DNA of 64,000 nt. Origin: the human T2T-CHM13v2.0 reference genome, Homo sapiens. The stretch lies in NCBI RefSeq assembly GCF_009914755.1, contig NC_060930.1; one strand, 5' to 3'. The translations under genes were made by a program, and so were the position numbers. Positions 12,687 to 30,965 of this stretch are shown here, in pieces; position 1 is the first letter of the stretch, and each line of letters starts with the position of its first letter. The notes under the pieces were generated by a model, which was not told the DNA's origin, ran no database searches, and saw only the letters and a program-made list of their open reading frames with translations.

Positions 12687-14570
12687 AAATAATAAGTTTA
12701 TACCAATCACTATATATCACTGACATTGTACTCAAGAGTTTGCAATTTCCAGAGTACAGACTACTTTTGTAATTCTAGCTTTTGACAATGACCATGGTTT
12801 TAGGTCACAAGTTAGTTAATATAAAGCCATCATGTTTTTAAAACAACAAATAGCTCTCAGATGAAAATCTATATTGTGTATAAAACTCAACACAATATAA
12901 ATTGCTAAGATATACAAAAGTTATATTAGGCCATGATAAATCAATGTTAATATATCTCAAATTTTCAGAAATGATAATAGGAGATAAGAAGAGCAAAGTA
13001 TGGATTTTAATTGCCATCAACAGGGCACTCAACACATAGAACAGATTTTTCTATTTGTATTAAATTTCAATCTAACAGAAATCTATACTATTAGCACCTC
13101 ATTAAAGTCAAACTCAAAAACATACCTAGAATGCCTAAGTCTTCATTTCTTAGAAAACTACTGCAGTCATTTTCAAAGACTATTATTTATATTATACCTT
13201 CAAGATATTCTATTCCATTTTAGGCTTTGTAGAAATATTTGGAAGTACAATCAAAGATATGAGCTTCTCTCATGGTGTTTTAACAGCTTAGTCCCACTTC
13301 ACTAGTGCATGCTTAATGATTCAGAGACATAGCTACTCCCCTTTCGAACTAGTATAGACATATTTCTTACAGTGTTCTCTAAAATACTGAGTTAATGCTA
13401 AGCATTAGATATAAACTCATTTATTCAGTAAAGACTGCTATAATGCACAACATTCTTTACATTTAGAAAAAGCATATTACTCTGGCTAACCGAATATGTT
13501 TTATGTAATAGTTACCATGTTATATTTCATATTAAATATTCTATTTTTGAAAATTGACTCCCATTACACAAATAATGTACATACACTGATGTAAATTGCA
13601 TATTCCTATCTGAAAATCACCTTAGAGAAACATTTGGATGAGTTTTAAAGATGCACTAGACTCAAAAGTAATTCCATTTTTTAGGAAGAAGACATTAAAT
13701 AGGTAAAATTTTAAAAGAACAAAATATATTTAAAACGTACTATGAATAAAGGCAAAACTAGGATGACAAACTACTAAACTGAATTACATCATGCTATGTT
13801 TAATTACAATAGGAAACTGCAAGAAAAAATAACATTTTTTACTACTAGAGAAATGAGTATTCTATGTTTAGCCTCAGGAAGCCTTTAAGTGCCACTAAGA
13901 ACTGACTGTAAAAGGCAAAAGTAAGTTGTTTTTAAAAAACCCAATGAAACAATCCGAGAGTCTATACTCTTTAACCAAATACAAATATAGCATTAAGAAA
14001 AATAGAAGATTTAGTAATGAAGCAGTTTAACAAAATTTTACTTCATCTTTGAAGTCTTATTTTTCGAAGAACTATATTCACTTGTGTCAAAAAAAAAAAA
14101 AAAAAAAAAAAAACAGCGTAGCCCCACTAGAATTAGTTTCTTAGCCTCAATTTTTCTAATAGTGAGATGGTCTTCTGTAAGGCACTTCCAGAAGAACATA
14201 TCAAACCTACACCCAACTTGCATGATTAGTGATAAACAATCCCACATTTGACTGGCAACTGAGAAAATCTGTACACTGGGCACTTTGTCAGGAAGACTAA
14301 TCTTGAATGTTCAACATATCAATATTTATCCAATGTTTAGATAAGAGAAAGACATTTTTGAAACTATCCTGAAAGTCATTCCTGTGTGTGTATTCCAGCT
14401 ATTCCTATAGCCTCAAATTTATCTATCCTTGGATTATAATCAGACTCATATAGAGCTCAATATATTCTTGGGGGTTCCAGATAATTGTTCTAACAACTTT
14501 TTGCCATTAAGTCCCAATTGTAAATTAAGCCACAAACATTTAGGGATAGTGTGTGTGTGTGTGTGTGTGT

Positions 14571-14829
<259 letters not shown>

Positions 14830-15589
14830 TAAATACCCTGTTGTTTGAAAACGAATACCCACATGCTTTATTAAACCCACCTTTTCACTTAAGATTCACC
14901 ACAATGCACAGTTTCCTTTCTTTGATAATGCATAGTTTCTTAATATATTTTAATCTTTTGGAGTCTGGACTCCATATATCCCCTGTTCCATCAGCTAGCA
15001 AAAATGCTATCTGTGCTTTACCTTTGATAAGTAAAAATTTCACAGGATGCACTGGTAAGCTTTAATCTCTTTGCTAGTATTATCTTATTTACTTTCTCTT
15101 TCTGATTTCCTTGATTAAGGATTTCTTATTTTGTTGTAATGTATTTACTTAGCCAAGATACTTAAAAAGTTATAGAACAAAAGTGAAATAAAAACAAGGC
15201 TTTGGAAAAATGTTGAAAATATTCATGCTAAAGCATCTTTTATTCTAAGATAGCAACCAAAAAGTCATAAAAGGAAGATTAACCAATAAATTTAAAAATT
15301 AACACTTAATAGACATTATAAAAAATCTTAATGAAAGTCAACAGTTAACTTACCCTACAAAAGTATAGAAAATATTTGCTCTGCAAATGCAAACATGAAG
15401 TAATTTCCTTCAAAGTAAAAAAGACTTATTTCGATATGCTTAATTATAATACCAATGATCATATCTTATATCTAGATCTATAATTCATATCAGAGAATTA
15501 TTTTTCAGTAAAATCTCAAAATTTAGTAAAATTTTCACTTTACAATTTAACAAAGTTCTTTTCTTTGGGGGGAGGTGTGCGGCGGGGGA

Positions 15590-15869
15590 AGTGGTCTCAC
15601 TCTGTCACCCAGGCTGGAGTGCAGCAGGGTGCAGTCTCAGCTCACTGCTACCTCTGCCTCCCAGGCTCAAACAATCCTCCCACCTCAGCCTCCCGAGTAG
15701 CTGGGACCACAGGTATGTGCCAACAAGCCCAACTAATTTTTCTATTTTTGGTAGAGAGGGGGTTTCGTCATGTTGCCCAGGCTACTCTCAAACTCCTGTG
15801 CTCAAGCAATCTGCCTATCTTGGCCTCCCAAAGTGCTAGGATTACAGGCATGAGCCACCACGCCCAGCC
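15590..15869 (-). mobile_element. AluJ with G-rich converted tail
   Basis: Antisense dimer; tail region reads ggggggaggtgtgcggcggggg. Confidence 0.9.
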
Positions 15870-16183
15870 AAAATTCGTTTTTTAATATTATTATTACCTT
15901 TTATATTGTTGTTATTAATATAATTATATTAATGAAAATGATTTTAAAACAAAGATCAGTAAACTTTAAAGGAAACTGCTATATGTTAGCTGACACAGGT
16001 CAAAGGAGTAATCTCTGAAAACGAAATTGTTGTATAAGTATATATGTAAAATATCTTGTAAAATAAAGTATTTTAGTTTCTTTCTTTAAAGTATTGTAAA
16101 GTATATATGAAATACCCTGTAAAAGGTGAAGCCTTACACAAACAGTATTATTTCATGCAAAAAGTACAAAAGTGCATACTTAC

Positions 16184-16284
16184 CCTTCTCCTCCCATTCT
16201 TGTTATTTTTAGACGAAAATCCACAGAATTCAGACTGGGAGGCTTCCATTTCAAAATATCATCACATCGACCAGGTTTGTATTT
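16184..16284 (-). CDS. RNGTT: mRNA capping enzyme internal exon (probably exon 13), 101 nt, [33 protein letters not shown](G), motifs V and Vc
   Basis: Minus strand reads ggctttag|AAATACAAACCT...GGAGAAGG|gtaagt; phase 0-2; KWK and NSVDF motifs; continues in frame from 47986-48054. Confidence 0.97.
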
Positions 16285-16574
16285 CTAAAGCCAATTAAAA
16301 TGATGACAATCGTTACTAAGAAGTTAAAAATTAAACATTCAATGTATTAAACCTAATGTAACTTTTTATTAAGCAAAATTACTTCTTTTCTAAACATAAT
16401 TTTAATCTTCAACCAACAAGTCAGGCTAGATATCTACCTTCTTATTGATGACCTTTCTTCTTTTCCTACCAAAGACATGTAGACCCTTGTTTGTGAAAGT
16501 CCAGAAAAAGAATAAAACCAGTGATTCTATCCAACCTTCCTATGACTTAAAAGAAGCTTCATTTTTAAAAATGC

Positions 16575-17713
16575 TTTTTTTTCTTGTTCAGCTTTATGGA
16601 GGGATAATTTATAATGAATAAAATTAACCAACAAATCTTGACAAATATATACAGTTACGTAACCATGACCAAAATCATGATATTGAACATTTCAAGGATG
16701 TGAAAAAATTTCTTGCTACCATTTGCAGTCAATTCCCTCCGTCAGCATTCTGGCAACAGTGATCTGCTTTCTACGACTACAGTTGTACCTTTTCTAGCTA
16801 CATAAGAAATACTTTAAAAATAAAAAATAAAGAAACACTTTATGTAAGATTTTTGAGATGAATCTATCCTGGTGCATATACTAGTAGTATGTTCCTTTTC
16901 ATTGCTGACTAGGATTCCATTGTATGTATATACCACAAATTGTTTACACATTTACAAGGTGATGGATATCTGGGTTGTTTCCAGTTTTTGGCTATCATGA
17001 ATGATGCTGCTCTGAACATTTGTATTGACATGTTTTCCTAACTCTTGGGTAAATAACTAGGAGAGTGGAATGACTGTATCACATGGCAAATGCATGTTTA
17101 GCTTTGTAAGAACTGTCAAACTGTAACATTTTCTATTCCTACCAGAAATGAATGAGAAGTCCATTTGCTCCATATCCGCCTTGGACTAGGCATTGTCAGT
17201 CTTCTTAATTTAGCCTTTCTAAAGTGTGTGTCTCATCATTTTAATTGGCATTTCTCTAATGACACAAAGATGGTGAAGATCTTTTCTTTTGTTTATTGCT
17301 ATCTGTATACCTTCTTTGGTGAAGTGTCTGTTCAAATCTTTTACTCTTGTTTGCACTGAGCTGTTTGACTCATTACTGCCTTGTAAGAAGTTACTTACAT
17401 ATTGTAAATAAATAGTCTTGGTTGGATATATGTATTACAAATATTTTCTACAAGTCTTTGGCTTTTTCATTTTCTAAATAATTTCTTTTGAAGACCAAAG
17501 TTCTTTATTTTAGTAATGTCAAAATTATCCATTTAAAAATTATATAATTTGTGCTTTTTGTGACCTATTTAAGGAATATTTTCCTAAAGTCATTACAATT
17601 TTCTACTATGTTTTCTTAGACAAGTTTTATGGTTTCAGCTGTTATTTTTAGGTATACAAACTACTTCAGCTTATTAATTTCTATGGTATGAAGCACAGGA
17701 CTGTATGTATGTA

Positions 17714-17795
<82 letters not shown>

Positions 17796-18228
17796 TTCTT
17801 TTCTCACTAATCTGTTGCATTAACATATATGTCTTTCTTCCTGCTAATAGAATAGTCTCAATTACTATAACTTTATACATTTTGAAAACAGGCTGTGTAA
17901 GTCCTCAGACTTTTATTCTCCTTTTTCAAAACACTTTTAGCTAATGTAGCATTTACATTTCCACATACATTTTAAAATCAGCTTGCCAATTTCTATGAAA
18001 AATAAGCCTGCTGAGATTTTAATGAGGATTACACTGAATCAATCAATAGGTTAGGGAAGAAATGACATCTTAACCAAATTGAATTTTCTGATTCATAAAC
18101 ACTGTAAATCTCTCCATTTACTCATCCTTAAATGAATCTTAACAATGTTCTGTAGTATTCAGTATAGAGATCTTGCATGGCTTTTGTTAAATGTATTCCT
18201 AATAATTTACTATTTTTGGTGAAATTAT
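16575..18228 (-). mobile_element. Old L1M 3' portion
   Basis: Reverse L1 3' UTR/ORF2 motifs (tgggttgtttccagtttttggctat, cagcttgccaatttctat). Confidence 0.82.
17714..17793. repeat. (TG)9(TA)21(CA)10 compound microsatellite
   Basis: Read directly; 17714-17791 is a perfect palindrome. Confidence 0.95.
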
Positions 18229-18317
18229 CAACGCAAAAATTCAGTTTTGCTTCTATACACCAGCAATAAAAATCAAAAGAAAAAAAAGGAAAGGACATTT
18301 TTAAAAACTTACAGTAG

Positions 18318-18612
18318 GGTTAGGCACGGTGGCTCACGCCTGTAATTCCAGCACTTTGGGAGGTAGAGGTGTGAGGACAGCTTGAGCCCAGGAGTTCGAG
18401 ATCAGCCTGGGCAAGAAAGCAAGACCTTATCTCTACAAAAAAATTTAATAATTAGCCAAATATAGTGGCACATGCCTGTAGTCCCGGCTCCTTAGGAGAC
18501 TGAGGTGGGAGGATTGCTTGAGCCTGGGAGGTCAAGGCTATAGTGAGCCATGATCATACCACTGCACTCCAGCCTGAGCAACAGAGTGAAACTCTGTCTC
18601 AAAAAAAAAAAA
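18318..18612 (+). mobile_element. AluJ
   Basis: J diagnostics ggattgcttgagcc and ggtcaaggcta; poly(A). Confidence 0.92.
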
Positions 18613-18862
18613 TGTGCAATAGCATCTAGAGGAACAAAATATGTAGGAATTAATTTAACCAAGGTGAATCATCTGTATACTGAACACTGATTTCTTTAAA
18701 AAAAAAAAAAGATGGAAAGACATCATATGTTCATGGATAGGAAGACTCAATGTGTTAAGATGTCAATACTCCCAGAACAATCTACAGATTCAGTGCAATC
18801 TCTAAGAAAATTCCAACAGCGTTTTCCACAGAAATGAAAATGTGCTCTTCAAATTCAAGTAA

Positions 18863-19934
<1,072 letters not shown>

Positions 19935-21529
19935 TCTTGAAAAAAGAAAAGAATTGAAAGAGTCACACTTTTTACTTTTCAAAACTTACTACAAAGCTAC
20001 AGTAATCAAAACAGGTGGTACTAGCATAAAGATAGACAAAAACACCAACAGAATAGAATTAAGAGTACATAAATAAAGTCATAAATCTATAGCAAATTGA
20101 TTTCTTTTCCACAAGGATGCCAAGCCCATTCAATGAGGGAAAGAATACTCTCTTTAAGAAAGAGAGGTGGGACAGCTGGTTTTCCACATGTAAAACTATG
20201 AAATTGAATGCCTACCTCATACCATATACAAAGATTAACAAAAAATGAATAAACAACCTGTAACATGTAAAACCACAGAAGTCTTAGAAGAAAACATAAG
20301 GCTCTGCGATCTTAGATTTGGCAGTAGATTTTTAGTTTTGACACCAAAAGCATAAGCAACAAAAGAAAAACTACATAGTTTGGGCTTAATCAAAATTAAA
20401 AACCTTTGTGCATGACAGAACATTATCAAGAAAGTGAAAAGACAACCTACAGAATGGGAGAAAATGTTTGCAAATTATACATCTGATATAAACCTGGATA
20501 TGTATCTATTTATATCCAGAATATATTGTTAAAATGGATACAACTTAACAACAAAAAAACCCAAATTTAAAAGTCAAAAGACTTGAATAAACATTTCTCC
20601 AAGGAAGATATACAAATGGCCAATAAGCACATGAAAAGATGTTCACTATCATTAATCATTAAACAAATGCAATCAAAATCAAATGGAGATACCACTTCAT
20701 ACTAACTAGGGTGACTATAATTTAGAAAAAAAAACACAGAAACTAACAAGTGTTGGTGAGAATGTGGATAAATCAGAACATGCACATTGCTGATAGAAAT
20801 GTGAAATGGTGCAGCCACTATAGATAAAAGGTTAACAGTACCTCAAAAAGCCAAACACAGAATTACCACATGACCCGGAAGGTCCATTTCTAGGTACACA
20901 CTCCAAAAACCTGAAAACAGCTACTCAAACAGACACTTGTATGTCAATGTTCATTGAAGCATTCTTCACAAAAATTAAAAGGTAAAGACAATACAAGTCT
21001 CCATCAACAGGTGAGTAGATAAACAAAAGGTTGTATATACATATATTATCCAAATATAAAAAGGAATGAAGTTTTGATACGTGCTGCCAAACGGATGAAC
21101 CTCAAAAGCATTATGCTAAGCGAAATAAGCCAGACACAAAAGGAAAATATTGTATGATTCCACTTACATGAAATATTTAAAATAGAAAAAAATCATGGTG
21201 ACCGAAAGTAGATTAGAGGTCACCCAGGGCTACAGTATGGAAGAAAATGGAAGTTACTGCTTAGTGGTTAAATGATTTCTGTTTGGGATGATGAAAAGGT
21301 TTTGGAAATAGACAGTGGAGGTGGTTGTACAACACTGTCCATGTAATTAGAGATTATAAAAATTATTTTAATAAACAAAAGCTTTGTAAATAATTGTGTT
21401 CTTAAGCATTATAACTTCCTAATGTATATAATATGTAAATATAAATAAATCACACTAATCAATATATTTGTATATTCACTTTATAGGTATCCTAATTGGA
21501 ATGCATTTACTCAACAGAATGAAAAATTA

Positions 21530-24568
<3,039 letters not shown>

Positions 24569-24898
24569 GGGATTTTAAATGTATTCTGAGTACAAAGTAA
24601 AAAAAGAAAAGGTATTACCTGAGTGTCTTAAAATTGATTATAGAGGAATGAACATTGTAAGCCTTGAAGGATGGGTAATATTCACTCATGCAGATTTGCA
24701 GCATGAAGTAAATATGGGCAAAAAAACAGGAGTAGAGAAATATAGGATGTGCTAAAGGAGAGGCAAGTCTCCCAATTCAGTGTGTGCATTATGGAGGGTG
24801 GGGCCATATTATAAGAAAAATACTTAGGAAGGAAAAATTGCTAAGTGTCCCAATACTAGTATTTTTAAATTATCCAAGTCAAATTGCATTCTAACAAA

Positions 24899-25078
24899 TT
24901 TTTAATTTAATTTTTAAAATTAGATATGGAGTCTTGCTATCTTGCCCAAGCTAGAATGCAGTGGCTATTCACAGGTGCAGTCACAGCACTGCAGCCTTGA
25001 ACTCCTGAGTTTAAGCAATTCTCCCACCACAGCCTCCTGAGTAGCTGAGACGAAGGGTGCAATCCATTGCACCCAGCT
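24899..25078 (-). mobile_element. FAM (fossil Alu monomer)
   Basis: Contains the 7SL-derived gtggctattcacagg segment absent from dimeric Alus. Confidence 0.82.
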
Positions 25079-26133
25079 CAAACAGATTTTTATAAATTAT
25101 TTAAAACTGCAAAAATCATAATCACAGGATTGCTTACTTCAAACGGAAGTCCATACAATGACGATTCAATATAATTTAAGTTTTGCTAAGAAAGAAAAAA
25201 TCATTGGAATTGATAGGAAACACCTTTTAACTGTGCCACGTGTAAGAAAATAATGCACATTATTTTCCCTCAAGTTTTGTATTGAAGCATGAGTAAGTAT
25301 AAAATCAAATATATAATTTTTCAGTGGAAATTTTCTTCCATATATTTGCCCTGAGAGATTTATTTAGGTAACATACATGCTTCAGGATAATCACAAATAA
25401 ATCTCTTTAGAAAGTTTTTTTGGAATGTTGAAACTGCAACATTTTCCCATTGTCAACCCATTAGTGAAGAGAATCTGATAAAATATAGTCATTTTCCTAG
25501 TAAAGCTTATTTGACAGAAAAGTCACAGGCCTTTAAGTAACAGTGGCTCATTACAGTAGTAAAGGGTCAAAAAAAGTAAGGGGAGAAAGGAGTGTCAGCA
25601 AGAGAGAATAGGCCCAAGAAAAAGAGTAAGTTTGTGTAGCTTGAAACACACTATGCACATCCCACCGCATTTGCAACCTCTGCCAAGGAAATTTCATACT
25701 TACAGGCAAATCATCCTTTAGTTCCGTTTCCTACTTGTTTATAGTAAGTGACTACAAGAACACTTAGAAACCAATATCAATCTAAGTTATTAAATCTAGA
25801 AAAGTTGAATGATGGTATAGTTTTAAAATATCTCCTAATAGGTACCTAATGATAAATTCTAAAAAGCTTTAATATGTAATTTTATTTATATAACAGATAT
25901 TAAATATCATTCACATTCTCTTGCCTGGAAATCAAGACTCAATTTTGTCTAATAAGAAAACAACATGTATCAACTCTTCTGTTTTTACACAGCAATAATT
26001 CAGAAACTTAAGTAACTCCTCATCTCATTGCACATCAAATCATTCATATTAATTTGGAATACTAGACTTGATATTATTAGGAATTTCAAAGCACCTTTAT
26101 GAAAATTAATGATTATAAAATTTTAGAAAATGG

Positions 26134-26440
26134 GGCCAGGTGCAGTGGCTCACGTCTGTAATCCCAGCACTTTGAGAAGCCAAGGCGGGCAGATCACCTG
26201 AGGTCAGGAGTTCAAGACCAGCCTGGCCAACATGATGAAACACCATCTCTACTAAAAATGCAAAAATTAGCTAGGCATGGTGGTGCATGTTTGTAGTCCC
26301 AGCCACCTGGGGGGGCCAAGGCAGGAAAATTGCTTGAACCTGAAAGGCAGAGGTTGCAGTGAGTCAAGATCACACCACTGCACGCCAGCCTGGGCAATAG
26401 GGTGAGACTCTGTCTCAAATAAATAAATTAATTAATTAAT
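26134..26440 (+). mobile_element. AluS (Sx-like)
   Basis: Full dimer; TSD tagaaaatgg. Confidence 0.94.
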
Positions 26441-27313
26441 CTAGAAAATGGTATTTTAAGAATACTGTAGCTCCCAGTTATTGAATGTAGATTCAACAAT
26501 GACACAGATTCTATGAGTAAAATATATTGAAATACCCATTAGAATGTAATTCTACTTCAGAAAAAATCACATCAATTTTGTGCCTACAAAACACCTAGTA
26601 AAATGCTCAAATACTTTAATAAAATAATTAAAAATACAGAATTTCAAAACTTACTACAAAAATATCTGTCTCAGGTACACTTAATTTAAAAATGAAATAT
26701 CTGAGATTATGAAATAAGCTAACAATATTTATGAAAGATTATATAAATCACTACCAAATAATCCCTTTTTCATGATCCCCAAAATAATAAGAGCAAATAT
26801 ATTACAAATACAGAAACTGAATAAGCCTTTTAGAAATAAATATTTATGATTTATCAAACTTGAAATACAGAATCTTGCTGAACTATAAACAAGGATATAA
26901 AAACACCATTCTACATGTTCTCGTGTATAGTCAGAGTAATATAATTCAATTTACCAGCATGTATCTAGGTTAAAATAATTATCAGAGCTATAGTTAACTG
27001 ATAAATACAATACTTAGTTTATAGAAATAAATCTGATTGTATGAGGTGAGCTGTCAAAAAAAAACTGGGGATATGTTAGGTGTAAACGTAATTACCAATA
27101 TAACCCAAGATATCCATTGCCATTGTAAAGTCAAAAACATAATAAATGTAAACGTCAGGCAGCAAAATAAGATGCTTAAGAAAGTGTTGACCAGATGAGA
27201 ACAGAACCTGGCTTAGAGGTAGAAGATGGCCATATGCCAAAGAGAAGTCTGTAAAACTAAGGTGGACAGGAAGCTAACTGGAGGTATACATGATATATAT
27301 TTGTGGTGTAAAG

Positions 27314-27529
27314 CACTGGTTCTCAACTAGGGGAGATTTTGCCTCCAAGGGATATTTGGCAATGCGTGGAGACATTTTTGGTTGAACAAGAGGTGGGGAG
27401 GGGGTGCTACTGCCATCTAGTGGTTAAAGGCTAGATATGCTACTAAACATCCTACAAAGCACAGGGCAGCTGCCCACAACAAAGAATTCTAGCCCAAAAT
27501 GTCAATGGTGCCAAGGCTGAGAAAACCTG
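27314..27529 (+). mobile_element. MER20 (hAT-Charlie)
   Basis: Full-length match to recalled consensus; flanks gtgtaaag/atgtaaat. Confidence 0.9.
27405..27425 (-). promoter_or_regulatory. Candidate CTCF site within MER20
   Basis: Minus strand AACCACTAGATGGCAGTAGCA fits the CTCF core CCASYAGRKGGCR; binding not shown. Confidence 0.5.
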
Positions 27530-28799
27530 ATGTAAATGAAGCTAGCATTAGTAACGGCAAAGGAGCAACGTATTTAGTCCCTCTTTGCCTCTACTAACGT
27601 AATTATTTTAAGCAAGTTCAAAGTGGGCTTTATCTATCTCATTTGTAAAAATGCAATAATAGCATTTTGCTTGCCTAAAACAGGATATCTAGACCAGAGA
27701 TATCTAAAAACACCTTGCAGGCTTATGTTATTCTATTATTTCCACTAGTAAAATGTGAGTAGTTATCACCAGGTTCTACAGTAAAACCTGAGACATAATG
27801 CCTTCTTCACAAAGATCACATCTGAAGCTAAGAAAGATCCCTGTCCTTACTATAATATTAGTTTTATTACAGCATTTATTTTTAAAGAAAACTTTAGAAA
27901 TCCTAGACAGTAATGCTACTAGAGACAGTAAAACAATGGAATCAATTATGAACGCACATTCTTCAAGAATCTATTATTTGTCTTTTCACTGTTACACATT
28001 ATACAGCATCCACTCCTCTAAGACTCCAAATACACTTACAATGAAAATTACTCCCAAATCTTCATCTTTTGTCCTAACTTTCTCCCAAATAAAAGTATGC
28101 CAGGCACTGGCTTATTCATTAGTACCCTAAAGGCAGCCTAAAGTTTTAAATCTAAAACTGAATCATTTATATTCTTAAACAAAAAACTAGTTCATCTCCA
28201 TTCTGATTTCCATTTCTGATTAACATAATGCTCCTAACCAGAAAGGTTCAAAACTCTCGAATCATCTTTGATGCGATCTCTACCAATTCCATATTCCACC
28301 AATTATCTCTATTACTTTTTCACCCAGGCTATTGTGATCAACCTAACTGTTATCCCTATTATCAACAGGCCCTATCAAATACAACTGATCCTGAATCCAT
28401 CTGGTTAGATGGTTTACTGAAAATAATACAAGCTTCTCAACCTAACAACCAAAGACCACCTCCCCGTGCCCACTTACCTAGCCTTATTCATCCTCTCTAG
28501 TTTTATCCCCTACTATGCCCTTTACACAGAATAATTAAGGCAGCAATAACTTCTAAGGGCTAACATCGACTGAGTTTTTCACTTTTCACCAGTTACTGGT
28601 TTGAGTGTTCTTAAATCACTTTATTCTCAAAATAGCTCCATGAGGTAGTTCAATCTAACATAGTACCCTTTTCTCATGGATCACAAAACAGAGTCATAAA
28701 GAAATTGGTAGAAAAGATATTTGAACCCAAGTATTTTATTCCAGATTCCAAAATATATACTAACTACCACATTGTACGGGGTGAATGGAAAGACAAAAA

Positions 28800-29975
28800 G
28801 GTGCACACCATACACAAAAATCAACTCAAATGGATTAAACATTTAAACACAAAAGTGGAAACTGTAAAACTCCTAGAAGTAAACAAAGAAAAACTTCTTG
28901 ACACTGGTCTTGGCAACTATTTTCTGGATATAACACCAAAAGCACAGGCAACAGAAGCAAAAATAGACAAGTGGGACTATATCAAACTAAAAACCTTCTG
29001 CACAGCAAAAGAAACAATGAACAAAGTGAAAGGTCACCTATGAAATGAGAAAAAATAATCTTCAAACTATACATCCACAGGGGTTAATATCCAATATATA
29101 AAATCATACAACTCAATATTAAAAATACAAATAACCTGTTAAAAATGGGTAAGGGCCCTGAATAGACACTTCTCAAAATAAGAAACGTAGATGGCCAACA
29201 GACCTATTGAAAAGCTGCTCAGCATTTCTAATCAGCAGGGAAATGCAAATCAAAACCTCAATAAGACAGCACTTCACATTTACGAGGATGCCTATTATCA
29301 AAAAGGCAAGAAATAACAAGTGTTGTCAAGGATATGGAGAAAAGTGAACCCTTGTATACTTCGGTGAGAATGTAAATTGGTACAGCCCATTAGTGAAAAC
29401 AGTATTGAGGTTCCTCAAAAAATTAAAGACAGAACCACCCTATGATTCAGCAATCCCACCTCTGAGTATGTATCTGGAAGTATTGAAAACAGGATCATGA
29501 AGAGATATCTGCTCTCTCCCATTCACTGCAGCTTTATGCACAATAGCGAAGATATGGAAGCAACTTAAATGCCCTGCGATGGATGAATGGTTAAAGAAAA
29601 CGTGGTGTACATATAACAGAATATTATTCAGCCTTACCCCCAGAAAAGTAATTTATGCCATTTGTGGTAACGTGGATGGAGCTGGAGAGCACTGTACTAA
29701 GCAAAAATAAGCCAGAAAGAGAAATACTGCATGATCTCACTTATACATGGAATCTCAATTAGTCAAACTCATAGAAGCAGAGATTAGGATGGTGGCTGCC
29801 TGGAAACGGAAGGAACTAGAAATGGGATGATGCTGGTCAAAGGGTACAAAAATGGCAGGTAGACAGAGATATCAGATGTTAATTAGCTGGAATGTAGTGA
29901 TTATTTCACAATGTATATCAAAACATCAAGCTGTATGCCCTAAATACATACAATTTCTATACGTCAAAAAAGTTA
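28800..29975 (+). mobile_element. L1MA-type 3' portion
   Basis: ORF 28705 translates to L1 ORF2-like IDKWDYIKLKTFCTAKE; 3' UTR follows. Confidence 0.87.
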
Positions 29976-30116
29976 AATTGTCACAAAATATAGAATTTAA
30001 AGAAAAAAGACAAAATGGTTAAGATATCTGTTCAAGTATATTCAAAAGCCCTATACATTTATAAATCTATAAATCTAAGACAATATGGAGAAAGCAAAGA
30101 AATCCACAGTCTAAAG

Positions 30117-30305
30117 CAGGGTTCTTTAACAGCAATACTACTGACATTGGGGCAGTTGACTCTTTGTTGTGGGGGCTGTTCCGTGCAATGTAGGAGGTTT
30201 AACAGCATCCCTGGCCTCTATGGGCCAATCAAAATAATAAAAAATGTCCCCACATACTGTCAAATGTTATTTGGGAAGTAAAATCATGCCAGTTGAGAAT
30301 CACTG
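30117..30305 (-). mobile_element. MER20, internally deleted
   Basis: Reverse MER20 termini; 8-bp TSD gtctaaag/atctaaag. Confidence 0.85.
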
Positions 30306-30315
30306 ATCTAAAGTA

Positions 30316-30965
30316 TGCATTCATTCTTTTTTTTTAAACCAGTACCTATTGATCAACTGCTAAGCCTGTGTCAACCTCTGTGCTAGAGGACAGTAAGATA
30401 AAGATAATGGGGGTTTCAGACAAATAATAAGCAGTTACAAAAAACTGTGAAGAATTTAATGAAAGATGAAGTTCAGAGTGCTATAATAGCTGAGAAAATG
30501 AAATGTAACACAGTCAAAAAGATAAAAACAAATTTCCCAGGGGAAGTAAAATTTAAGCTGAGAATTATACAGGCAATAAGGATGAGTTAAGTAGCTACAA
30601 GAGAAAGTACAGTGAATCTGAGCAGCAGACATTCAGATTGCCCACACGTACAGCACAGTACTTAATATTCACCCTACTGCTACAAGCACTAAAAATATCA
30701 CTGTGAATGAGACAGAGATGGTCTCTGTCTTCATGGTACTTACAATCTAGTAAGAGAAATGGTAATGTTTAAATAACTAAAAATTAATACACGTTAAGTG
30801 CTTTGAGGCCAATGGGAATACTGTGGAGGCACAGGGGAGAGTCATGCTCACCTATACAACCAGGCTTCCTCAAGGAAGCACATCTAACTTGATAGTTGAA
30901 GGATAAATGGGAGTAATATAGAAAAGAAAATAGTTTCAGGCAGAAGAAATAGCATGTATAAATAC
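30316..30965 (-). mobile_element. L2 fragments
   Basis: cattcattc...tgtgctagagg and atggtctctgtcttcatggtacttacaatctag motifs. Confidence 0.55.

Noticed and set aside
14089-14113. Orphan A25 run as a processed pseudogene tail
   Set aside because: No recognisable upstream body, polyadenylation signal or TSD.
15348-15375. Minus-strand ttttgtag-G-gtaagt as a recursive splice site
   Set aside because: AG and GT are separated by one base, so it is not an AG|GT ratchet point; a 1-nt exon is unsupported.
16213-16274. Plus-strand pseudo-exon inside the 101-nt coding exon (ORF 16107-16298)
   Set aside because: Its branch point and pyrimidine tract are simply the reverse complement of the real donor and purine-rich exon end; the donor is mediocre.
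18200-18260. L1 orientation switch as a twin-priming inversion
   Set aside because: Both the minus- and plus-strand pieces have their own 3' ends, so they are two independent elements meeting head to head.
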